Virus record (IMG/VR): IMGVR_UViG_3300044999_000017
Span: 1-50,490 of that record
Direction: 5' to 3' (one strand)
DNA length: 50,490 nt
From: a virus
Taxonomy: Duplodnaviria > Caudoviricetes
The translations under genes and the position numbers were made by a program. The notes under the pieces were generated by a model. It worked only from the letters and a program-made list of their open reading frames with translations, was not told the origin of the DNA and made no database searches. This document shows positions 42,705-49,726 of this stretch, one piece after another; position 1 is the stretch's first letter, and every line of letters starts with the position of its first letter.

Positions 42705-43684
42705 GCGACCAGCCCGACGCACTGGGACTGAGCGCTGCAATCGAATGGTTCAATGCTGAAGATCCGGCGAGTGGAAAGCTTTGCTATGAACTGTTGGGCC
42801 TGTCCACAAACGACCGGAAACGCTTTGCGCTTGTTCTCGCCGCCGCCCGCCTGGCAATTGGTACAGCACCGGAACACGAATTGATTGCGGAGTTGGACGC
42901 TCGGCTTGCCCACCTGCGGCGGTATTACCCGGTCGATGATGATGATGAAGCGTTACTCACCCGCTGCCGCACTGCATTCTCAGCCGATACAGGGCGATTC
43001 GATATGCTCGCGCACCTTCAACGGCAGCGTGAATGGAGCGAGCGCACATTCGGGCCGGGGGCGAGGACAAAGGGAGTGGTCGATCATATCCACAAGGAGT
43101 TGGCCGAAATCGAGGCGGCACCGGGCGACGTGTCGGAATGGATCGACGTTGTGATACTGGCGCTTGACGGCGCGTGGCGAGCCGGGTTCCAGCCGCAGCA
43201 AATCGTTGATGCCATCGCCGCCAAGCAAACGAAAAACGAGGGGCGGACGTGGCCCGACTGGCGCACGGCTCCGCTTGACCAAGCGATTGAGCATCATCGC
43301 GCCGCACCAGCCGATACAGCGCGAGAGCCGGTTGCGTGGCTTGATCGTAAAAGCGGCTTGGCGACTGCCGATCCGACGACGAAGGATCGCTACCCGGATG
43401 GCGATTATCAGCCTTTGTACGCCGCCCCAGCCGATACAGCGGTACGGGATGCGCCCCCAAGAGAGCCGACAAACGGAATGCTTAACGCTGGACTAAGCGC
43501 ATGGGAGCGCAGTTATCCGGGTTTCAGCATTGATCGTCTCGGTGATATTTGGACCGCCATGTTCGACGCTTATCTTGCCCCTCCATCAGCGCCGCCTCGG
43601 GAGAGCGTGGAGCCGCCAATATGTACAGAGTGTGATGCGATAGTCGGCCATAGTGCGGCCTGTTCTAAAAGTGGCGAGCCATGA
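42701..43684 (+). CDS. mosaic protein with DUF550 (dATP/dGTP pyrophosphohydrolase-like) domain
   Basis: QREWSERTFGPG.RT.GV.DHI.KEL.EI...P.D..EWIDVVILALDGAWR...K...N..R.WPDWR; EPVAW...PLY and REPT..ML modules. Confidence 0.85.
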   Translation: MSDQPDALGLSAAIEWFNAEDPASGKLCYELLGLSTNDRKRFALVLAAARLAIGTAPEHELIAELDARLAHLRRYYPVDDDDEALLTRCRTAFSADTGRFDMLAHLQRQREWSERTFGPGARTKGVVDHIHKELAEIEAAPGDVSEWIDVVILALDGAWRAGFQPQQIVDAIAAKQTKNEGRTWPDWRTAPLDQAIEHHRAAPADTAREPVAWLDRKSGLATADPTTKDRYPDGDYQPLYAAPADTAVRDAPPREPTNGMLNAGLSAWERSYPGFSIDRLGDIWTAMFDAYLAPPSAPPRESVEPPICTECDAIVGHSAACSKSGEP

Positions 43685-43796
43685 CCGACAATAACTGCCG
43701 CGTGGGCAAGCCTTGTGGCGGATGTCTGATGCTGGTCGGAGTAACCATGCGTTGCGTTCAAATCCTTACGGCGCTGCCGCGCTCTGAAAGTGAGAT

Positions 43797-44192
43797 ATGA
43801 AATACACGATGACAACGCCGTGCGATGCCTGCCCGTTCTTGAAGGGGAGCGGATTCACTTGGCGCAGTTTGAATGCTCACGCATCCGGTGAGTTCGGTTG
43901 CCACAAGGCATGCAAACTTAGCGACGATGACGAAGGAACCTACGTTCCGTTAGACAAGACGCCGCACTGCGCGGGCGCGTTGATCTTCCTTGAAAAGCAG
44001 GACCGGCCGCATCAGATGATGCGGATTTGCGAACGGATTGGAATGTATGACCGGGCAAAACTTAACATGGCCGCGCCGGTTGCGGCATCGCCAAAGGATT
44101 GCCGCCGAGAATCGAAGCGCGACCGCGAAATGAGAGCCGAGCCTTTAGAGACTCAACAGATCAATAGAGCGCTGGCAACGCGAGCGAAATAA
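43797..44192 (+). CDS. Cys-rich hypothetical protein (CxxCPF...F.CH...CAG)
   Basis: PCDACPF, EFGCHK, HCAGALI; reads through a cassette right-end site. Confidence 0.7.
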   Translation: MKYTMTTPCDACPFLKGSGFTWRSLNAHASGEFGCHKACKLSDDDEGTYVPLDKTPHCAGALIFLEKQDRPHQMMRICERIGMYDRAKLNMAAPVAASPKDCRRESKRDREMRAEPLETQQINRALATRAK

Positions 44193-44238
44193 GCATGAAT
44201 CTCATATCGGGGTGCTTGATGGCGAAGAAGCGAGCGGG

Positions 44239-44685
44239 GTGAGGCTAGCGCTCATTCCGATGGATCGTGACGGCGCGAACGAGTACGTGCGCTCGCACCA
44301 TCGGCATAGCAAGCCGGTGCAGGGCTACAAGTTTGCGGTTGCGGCGTGCAACGGGGAGTTGTGCGGCGTCGGTATTGCTGGGCGTCCTGTCGCGCGAGCC
44401 TTGGACGATGGCAGCACAATCGAAATTCTCCGCGTATGCACCGACGGAACGCGCAACGCATGCAGCCTGCTCTACGGCGCGCTCTGCCGAGCTGCGGCGA
44501 ACCTTGGTTATCGGCTCGCAGTGACCTACACGCGAGAGTCGGAGAGCGGATCGAGTCTACGCGCCGCCGGATTCTCGCCGGTAGCCAACGTCAAGGATAG
44601 GCAATGGGACACCCCGTCGAGGCCGCGCGAGGATCGAGAACTCATTGGCGACAAGATCCGATGGCAGCGGAAACTATCCCCATGA
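44239..44685 (+). CDS. XF1762-like / Mom-like GNAT-fold protein
   Basis: AN.YV..HHRH..PV.G.KFA...GV.I.GRPVAR.LDDG..+E+.R.CTDGT.NACS.LYGA...A...GY....TY....E.G.SLRAAG. Confidence 0.8.
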   Translation: MRLALIPMDRDGANEYVRSHHRHSKPVQGYKFAVAACNGELCGVGIAGRPVARALDDGSTIEILRVCTDGTRNACSLLYGALCRAAANLGYRLAVTYTRESESGSSLRAAGFSPVANVKDRQWDTPSRPREDRELIGDKIRWQRKLSP

Positions 44686-44738
44686 CCCCGCCCCGGATCG
44701 ATGCCGAACAGAGGATAAGAGCGATGAGCGCACCAAGG

Positions 44739-45175
44739 GAGATTTGACCTGTAGCTTCGATGAACACGCTGCCGCACCCTTAGAGGAACCCATGAATCAA
44801 ACGCGGAAATGTCCAGTTTGCGGGAAGTGGTATGAGGTTTTGCATTACACGACTGCCGATCAGAGTATTTGCGCGCGATGTCTAGCGCGGCGCAACGATG
44901 CGGTCAGCGCTCCATACACGCCTGAGCAGACGCGGCGAAGCGATGACGAATTCGGAAGCGGGATGCCACCTATCGACTTTACGCCATCGTCGCCCCCGGA
45001 GCCGTTTAGCGGCGGTGGCGGCGAATTTGGCGGTGGCGGCGCGTCTGGATCATGGGACAGCGGATCGTCTGATAGCTCGTCATCTAGTAGCAGCGACAGC
45101 GGATCATCGAGCAGCGATTCCGGCTCGTCCTCAAGCTCTGAATGACGGTAACTAGCGAGCATGCCGTTTGAGACT
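44739..45175 (+). mobile_element. putative single-gene cassette A (GAGATT...GAGACT)
   Basis: Left end homologous to 47098-47140; right end homologous to 47338-47368 and 44128-44157. Confidence 0.55.
44792..45145 (+). CDS. Zn-ribbon protein with FSGGGGEFGGGGASGSW Gly/Ser tail
   Basis: CPVC...CARC; GAGGA RBS; low-complexity Ser tail. Confidence 0.7.
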   Translation: MNQTRKCPVCGKWYEVLHYTTADQSICARCLARRNDAVSAPYTPEQTRRSDDEFGSGMPPIDFTPSSPPEPFSGGGGEFGGGGASGSWDSGSSDSSSSSSSDSGSSSSDSGSSSSSE

Positions 45176-45247
45176 CAACGGTAAATATGGCACCTGTAAC
45201 TCCGACTGGATGACCATGCATTTTTTCGATGCCGAAGGGGGGATGGG

Positions 45248-45445
45248 GTGTTCCTGACCGCCGAAGAATTACGAGAGCTGACCGGACGGGCGCATCCGTC
45301 GCGCCAGATTGCGTACCTCAAAGCCCATCGTATTCGGCATTACGTCAACGCTGCGGGGCGTCCTGTGGTCGCTGCCGCGTGGCTCGGTCTAGGCGGGCAG
45401 ACGGAAGCCCCCGTGCACCCTAACTTTGACGGCGTGAAGGCGTAA
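45248..45445 (+). CDS. excisionase-like (DUF4224-like) protein
   Basis: MFLT.EEL.ELTG.....RQ...L....I....N..GRP.V; immediately upstream of the integrase. Confidence 0.85.
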   Translation: MFLTAEELRELTGRAHPSRQIAYLKAHRIRHYVNAAGRPVVAAAWLGLGGQTEAPVHPNFDGVKA

Positions 45446-45446
45446 C

Positions 45447-46427
45447 ATGCGCACGATGGGGCGCCGACGCCAGCACGACCACCACTTGCCGCCCCTGATG
45501 CTCGAGCGCGCGGGCCGCTATTACTACGGCCGGAATCACGAGGCGCTAGGACCGGACTTCCCCGCGGCGCTCAGGAAGTACGCCGAACTCCACGGCGCGA
45601 CATTCGAAGCACAAACCTTCGCCGAGGTCGCCGCTGAATACCTCAGATCCGGCACCAAGCACCTTGCCCCTAAAACAGTGAGGGAATATGAAAGGCAAAT
45701 GCCGATCCTCGTGCGGGTGTTTGGCACATGCAAACTTGCCGGAATCCGGCCAGTACACGTCCGTCAATACCTTACCAAGCGGGAGAATAGTGTTTCAGCT
45801 ACACGCGAGAAGGCACTGTTATCTGGTGTCTTTTCCTTCGCAAGAAACGTTGGACTCTTTGACGGCCCAAACCCGTGCGGGGGCATCAAAGGGAAAAAAG
45901 CACATCGTCGGCGTTACGTCACTGATGGGGAGTTCAACGCGACGCTGGGGTGTTGTGATTCCACCACTAGAGACTTCCTCGAGCTCTGCTACCTGACCGG
46001 CCAACGGCCCAGCGACGTGCTCAAGATGCGCCGCACGGACATTCAGGACGGGGCGCTATGGGTCACTCAAGCAAAGACAGGGGCCAAGGTCAGGATAACG
46101 ATTGTCGGCCCGCTGGAGGCCGTTTTAGCCCGGTCCTATCCCGTTGGAAGTTTGTACCTCGTTCGCGACGAGCGGGGCCAGCGCATGAATCTCCAGGCAA
46201 TCCGCAAACGCTTCTGGAAAGCTCGCAAGGCAGCCGGGCAGGATTGGCGCATTCAGGACTTGCGGCCGAAAGCAGCAAGCGACATGGCGACGTCACAGAA
46301 GGCACAAGCTCTGCTCGGGCACTCCGCGGCGAGCACCACGGACGGCTATATCCGGCAACGCATCGGACAGCTTGTGGAACCTGTTTTGCGGGAAACGGCT
46401 GCAATTGCGGGAAAGCAGAAAAAGTGA
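45447..46427 (+). CDS. int: tyrosine integrase
   Basis: LTGQR..D (R), QAKTG (K), QDLR (HxxR variant), LLGH and TTDGY (Y); adjacent to attP. Confidence 0.93.
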   Translation: MRTMGRRRQHDHHLPPLMLERAGRYYYGRNHEALGPDFPAALRKYAELHGATFEAQTFAEVAAEYLRSGTKHLAPKTVREYERQMPILVRVFGTCKLAGIRPVHVRQYLTKRENSVSATREKALLSGVFSFARNVGLFDGPNPCGGIKGKKAHRRRYVTDGEFNATLGCCDSTTRDFLELCYLTGQRPSDVLKMRRTDIQDGALWVTQAKTGAKVRITIVGPLEAVLARSYPVGSLYLVRDERGQRMNLQAIRKRFWKARKAAGQDWRIQDLRPKAASDMATSQKAQALLGHSAASTTDGYIRQRIGQLVEPVLRETAAIAGKQKK

Positions 46428-46602
46428 AATGGCCGGAGAATGGCGGAGAGAGTGGGATTCGAACCCACGATACGTTGCCGTATACCTGATTTCGAGTCAG
46501 CCATCACTGCTTTGATTCTTAAATAGAATACGCCAAATCGCTCCCGCAAAAGATTTGAGATAATGCAACTTGCTCCACGGGAAACCGTCGGAATTGCGGG
46601 AG
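46386..46602. promoter_or_regulatory. attP arm-type integrase binding sites
   Basis: TTGCGGGAA at 46386 and 46405, inverted copy at 46541, CCACGGGAA at 46575 and TTGCGGGAG at 46594; both outer pairs spaced 19 nt. Confidence 0.7.
46441..46500 (-). other. attP core: 3' portion of tRNA-Ser(CGA)
   Basis: Minus strand CTGA-CTCGAAA-TCAGG, long variable arm TATACGGCAACGTAT, GTGGGTTCGAATCCCAC T arm, TCTCTCCGCCA; 5' third absent. Confidence 0.9.
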
Positions 46603-46613
46603 GGAGGGATGCC

Positions 46614-46820
46614 ATGAACCCAACACCAGCACGGAAAGCGAGCGAGTCGATGGCCAGCGTAATCTATGACGAAGGTTTCGCCGCCGGGTTCCGCGCCGGG
46701 ATCGAGCGAGCGGCGAAGGCATGCGAGAACCTTAATGCAGTCGGAGAGGAGCTTGGCCGCTGGGATTATATTGCTGCTGTCCGAGCACTACTCTATGAGC
46801 CTCAGGAGCCGCCGAAATGA
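46614..46820 (+). CDS. hypothetical protein
   Basis: GGAGG RBS; GIERAAKACE...IAAVRAL motif common in phage small ORFs. Confidence 0.6.
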   Translation: MNPTPARKASESMASVIYDEGFAAGFRAGIERAAKACENLNAVGEELGRWDYIAAVRALLYEPQEPPK

Positions 46821-47032
46821 CTACTTCGCAGCTAGTGACAGTCGAGTTAAGGTACGAATCGGGAACTATGCCAATCCTGCGCCACGCGCATAATTTCCTC
46901 TATGCGATCGGGCTGACTTTCAGCGTTAAGGACGGAGTCGCGCGCATCTTCGTGCCGGGCTATGACTTCATCATTGTGCCGGACGGTGAAACTGTCGGCC
47001 TAACCATCGCCCGAGGGGACCCGCCAAAATAG
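46817..47032 (+). CDS. hypothetical protein
   Basis: ATGA-coupled 71 aa. Confidence 0.55.
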   Translation: MTTSQLVTVELRYESGTMPILRHAHNFLYAIGLTFSVKDGVARIFVPGYDFIIVPDGETVGLTIARGDPPK

Positions 47033-47083
47033 CGCGGAGACCGTAGCCCCCGCGCAAGAGCGCCAGCAGGAGGAGCTGGCGCT
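47026..47083 (-). terminator. UCCUCCU-loop hairpin plus terminator at the end of the late operon
   Basis: Minus strand agcgccagc-TCCTCCT-gctggcgct, then gcgcgggggctacggtctccgcgc-TATTTT. Confidence 0.7.
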
Positions 47084-47097
47084 GTGCTTAACTTTTG

Positions 47098-47368
47098 GAG
47101 ATTAGACCTGTGGCTTCGACTGAAGCGCTACCGCGACCCGAAATCGAAGCCATGACGCCAACAGAAGATTCTGAGTCGGTACTGTTGCAGCATAAACGAG
47201 CGGCAAAGCTGATGCTCGGCGGCCTTGCGACGGAGTATCCGAAAGCCATCGTTAGTGACAGGCTGACACTCTGGGCTGCCGCAGCACACGCCATCATCGA
47301 TTGGATGGCCCTCGCAAAACCATACGATGAAGCACCGACAGTAACTGAGTCCGAGCCTGTTAGAGACT
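47098..47368 (+). mobile_element. putative single-gene cassette B (GAGATT...GAGACT)
   Basis: Same ends as cassette A; lies antisense between the last late gene and its terminator. Confidence 0.55.
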
Positions 47369-47385
47369 ATCCGCGACCGCCTTAG
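47152..47385 (+). CDS. cassette-borne hypothetical protein
   Basis: 77 aa MTPTEDSE...; ATG at the same distance from the left end as in cassette A. Confidence 0.55.
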   Translation: MTPTEDSESVLLQHKRAAKLMLGGLATEYPKAIVSDRLTLWAAAAHAIIDWMALAKPYDEAPTVTESEPVRDYPRPP

Positions 47386-47388
47386 CCG

Positions 47389-48024
47389 TTACAGTCCGTC
47401 AAAGACAGTTTTGGTCTCTGCAAGCTGTCCCGCGTTGAACGGTTGAACAAATACCGCCCCTTGGGCTTGCAGATTGGCAATGGCCGTCTCGGGCGCGATT
47501 CCGGAAACAACAACCTGAGCCACCCCTGCGTTCCACGTCTGATCGGCGAGGTAGTTGGCAGCGTAGTAGCGTCCGAACGCAGCTTGATCGCCAGCGAGCC
47601 GCATGGCAGCAGCTTGGGCCGCGGTCCGCTTTTCCTGCGAGATTCCGCCCAGATCGCCGATCACGATCAGGCGGCCGATGCCGGTGTACGGCCAGGGTGT
47701 GATGTCTGACGCGGTCGGCGCGACGGCTGGAGCGCTGTCGATGTAGTAGCCCTGCCCCTTGCTGCCGATAGCGAGCCAGAGAGTACCGGGGCGGCCGTCC
47801 TGATTCGCGCTGCGCGGAGGCCATCCTCCGGGCGGCGGCTGATACAGAATCCCGGCGATGATCTGATCCTGCTCGCTGGTATAGCCGGGCGGGGCCGGGG
47901 GCGCAGGAGGAGGAGGTGCAGGCTTCGGCCCGGGCGGAGGTGGGGGCGGCTGACCCTGCGTTGAGGCTGCAATAGCGTCATACAGCTCGGTCAGCGTGGC
48001 TTCGGATAGGGCAATAGTTCTCAT
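47389..48024 (-). CDS. Pro-rich hypothetical protein
   Basis: 211-aa last gene of the late operon. Confidence 0.65.
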   Translation of the reverse strand: MRTIALSEATLTELYDAIAASTQGQPPPPPPGPKPAPPPPAPPAPPGYTSEQDQIIAGILYQPPPGGWPPRSANQDGRPGTLWLAIGSKGQGYYIDSAPAVAPTASDITPWPYTGIGRLIVIGDLGGISQEKRTAAQAAAMRLAGDQAAFGRYYAANYLADQTWNAGVAQVVVSGIAPETAIANLQAQGAVFVQPFNAGQLAETKTVFDGL

Positions 48025-48269
48025 GGTTTCATCCAGGATGGGCGGGCGAGTTTAGTTACAGGCTGCACGGCGACGACATGATCTGCCGCGACGACATTGG
48101 TTGTGGGCACGATCACCGCTCCCGCCGGCGCATGACCGTGCTCGAACATATGCGCGAGCTTCGCCTTCAGACCGTGAGCAATGGCGAATTGCCAAACATT
48201 GACCCCCAGCGATACGCAGAGAGCGATTAGCAGATAGTTCAAATCCAGCGAGACTAGCCATGCGCTCAT
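48021..48269 (-). CDS. small membrane protein
   Basis: MSAWLVSLDLNYLLIALCVSLGVNVWQF TM segment. Confidence 0.55.
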   Translation of the reverse strand: MSAWLVSLDLNYLLIALCVSLGVNVWQFAIAHGLKAKLAHMFEHGHAPAGAVIVPTTNVVAADHVVAVQPVTKLARPSWMKP

Positions 48270-48406
48270 GGTTTCTTGCTCCAAAGTGTTTTGATCCACG
48301 CCACGATAGGCGCAGTCCAGCCGGGATTCTTGCCGGTGATCCAGCCAAGCAGGAAGCCGATTGCGCCGCCGATCAGGAGCAGGCAAATGGCACCGAGGAA
48401 GGTCAT
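48266..48406 (-). CDS. small membrane protein
   Basis: Manual: MTFLGAICLLLIGGAIGFLLGWITGK...; ATGA overlaps at both ends. Confidence 0.55.
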   Translation of the reverse strand: MTFLGAICLLLIGGAIGFLLGWITGKNPGWTAPIVAWIKTLWSKKP

Positions 48407-48588
48407 GCGGGCTCCGTCCGTCCGTAAGCGATGGCCCGAAGCGCGGCTATCTCTTGGCTCCAGTTTTCGCCGGTGTATGGCCGGCCGTGGATCTGCACCA
48501 TCAAAAACGCATTGTTCAGCGCTGGCTCAAGGCGGTCATACTTTTCGACGAAATCGCGTATCGCTTTGACAAGCTGCGAATTGGTCAC
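48403..48588 (-). CDS. hypothetical protein
   Basis: Coupled 61 aa, IHG.PY.G.NW motif. Confidence 0.55.
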   Translation of the reverse strand: MTNSQLVKAIRDFVEKYDRLEPALNNAFLMVQIHGRPYTGENWSQEIAALRAIAYGRTEPA

Positions 48589-48938
48589 GGCTTCGGCTCC
48601 TCTGCGGCACAGCCCAAAAGGGCAGCGTTGGCCTTGATCTTGTAATCATCGAGCGCGAGCAGATCGGCCTTCGTCTGGTAGTAGCGCTGCAACGGCGTAC
48701 CGTTCGGATCAATCGTATTCGGTGGCAGCGGCGGCATTTCCTTGCACTTGTCGGCCGGGTTTGCGCCTACGCACCCCCCGATGGGTTTCACGCATCGCAC
48801 CGGAACAGGATCGTGCACTGGCGGCAGCGATGTAACGGAGCTGACCAGTTTCGGCTCGGGCTTCAAGGCGGTTGTGCCGCAGGCGGTGAGCAGGGCTATA
48901 ATGATGACGCAGGTGTGGACCGTCTTTAGCGGCGGCAA
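48585..48938 (-). CDS. o-spanin (Rz1-like) lipoprotein
   Basis: TTG start with AGGA RBS, IIIALLTAC lipobox, Pro-rich PVPVRC, C-terminal L.GC. Confidence 0.7.
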   Translation of the reverse strand: MPPLKTVHTCVIIIALLTACGTTALKPEPKLVSSVTSLPPVHDPVPVRCVKPIGGCVGANPADKCKEMPPLPPNTIDPNGTPLQRYYQTKADLLALDDYKIKANAALLGCAAEEPKP

Positions 48939-48951
48939 ACCGTTCCTGCTT

Positions 48952-49084
48952 TGAGCGGCAGCGCGGAAAGCTAGACGTGCGTTGGAAGTGGCTAACGCAT
49001 CCCCACCATAGGTTGCGAGTCGGCCGACGGATGCCACAGACGATGGGAATTTGCCCACAGCCGGAGTAGCGCCCGGCCCGCTCA
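48952..49084 (+). ncRNA. putative tRNA-like structured RNA
   Basis: 7-bp acceptor stem TGAGCGG/CCGCTCA, D-like arm GCGCG/CGTGC, T-like arm GCCGG/CCGGC, expanded central region. Confidence 0.55.
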
Positions 49085-49255
49085 TTCGAGGTCTCGCAGG
49101 ACAATGCGCCCGCAACGAATACACCTGCGCCATTGCCTCATACGGCCTTTGGTTAAGTCCCACTTGCTCCACTTATGCGTAATCCAGCACTGGTCTGCGA
49201 CCTCTCGCGGAGGCGGCGGCATAGAATGCGACACAAGCTTTAATATCTTGCCCAT
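49082..49255 (-). CDS. small Zn-binding protein (C..HKW...RC.RCG)
   Basis: Manual translation, 57 aa: MGKILKLV...CWITHKWSKW...RRCIRCGRIVLRDLE. Confidence 0.6.
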   Translation of the reverse strand: MGKILKLVSHSMPPPPREVADQCWITHKWSKWDLTKGRMRQWRRCIRCGRIVLRDLE

Positions 49256-49258
49256 TGT

Positions 49259-49726
49259 CTACTTTCCAACCCTCACCGCATCGACCGGAAACAATATCGC
49301 CCGCTGCGCTGCAAACTGTTTGCTGTCGGCGTCGATCTCGGCCAAGGTCTGCTCGCAGGTCATGACCGTTGCAGGTCTTCCAGCCTTCGCCCGCGCATCC
49401 TTCTGCGCTGCGGAGAGTTGCACCAGCGTCGATTGAGCAGCATTCAGGTTGTTCTGCGCGACGGTCGCAGCACGTTCGGCTAATCCCTTCCACGCCAGCA
49501 CGTTCGAGCTCTGTTCGTCGCGCTCCTTCTTGATAGGTTCTATGCTGGCTTGTAGAGACACATTGTCAGCCAAGCACGTTGCCGTATTAGCTTGCGCTGC
49601 GCTAATTGCAGCCTCATCTTTAGCTTTTTGCGCTACTGCTATACCGTGATCGTGTACCGCAACGAATCCCGCTAGGCTCGCAAGGAGCACTAGAATGGCG
49701 ATGCCGCCGATCATCCAGCTTGTCAT
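49259..49726 (-). CDS. i-spanin (Rz-like)
   Basis: N-terminal TM, long Ala-rich coiled coil, C-terminal Cys; upstream of the lipoprotein. Confidence 0.7.
   Translation of the reverse strand: MTSWMIGGIAILVLLASLAGFVAVHDHGIAVAQKAKDEAAISAAQANTATCLADNVSLQASIEPIKKERDEQSSNVLAWKGLAERAATVAQNNLNAAQSTLVQLSAAQKDARAKAGRPATVMTCEQTLAEIDADSKQFAAQRAILFPVDAVRVGK

Noticed and set aside
45010-45142. Gly/Ser-coding low-complexity DNA as a separate repeat element
   Set aside because: It is explained by the protein's low-complexity tail
46441-46530. Complete phage tRNA-Ser gene
   Set aside because: The 5' acceptor strand and D arm are missing; homology stops in the anticodon stem, as expected for attP
44128-47368. 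Classical integron (IntI with attC sites)
   Set aside because: The AAC-GTT spacing of 13 nt is too short for attC, and the integrase looks like a tRNA-targeting phage Int with xis and arm sites
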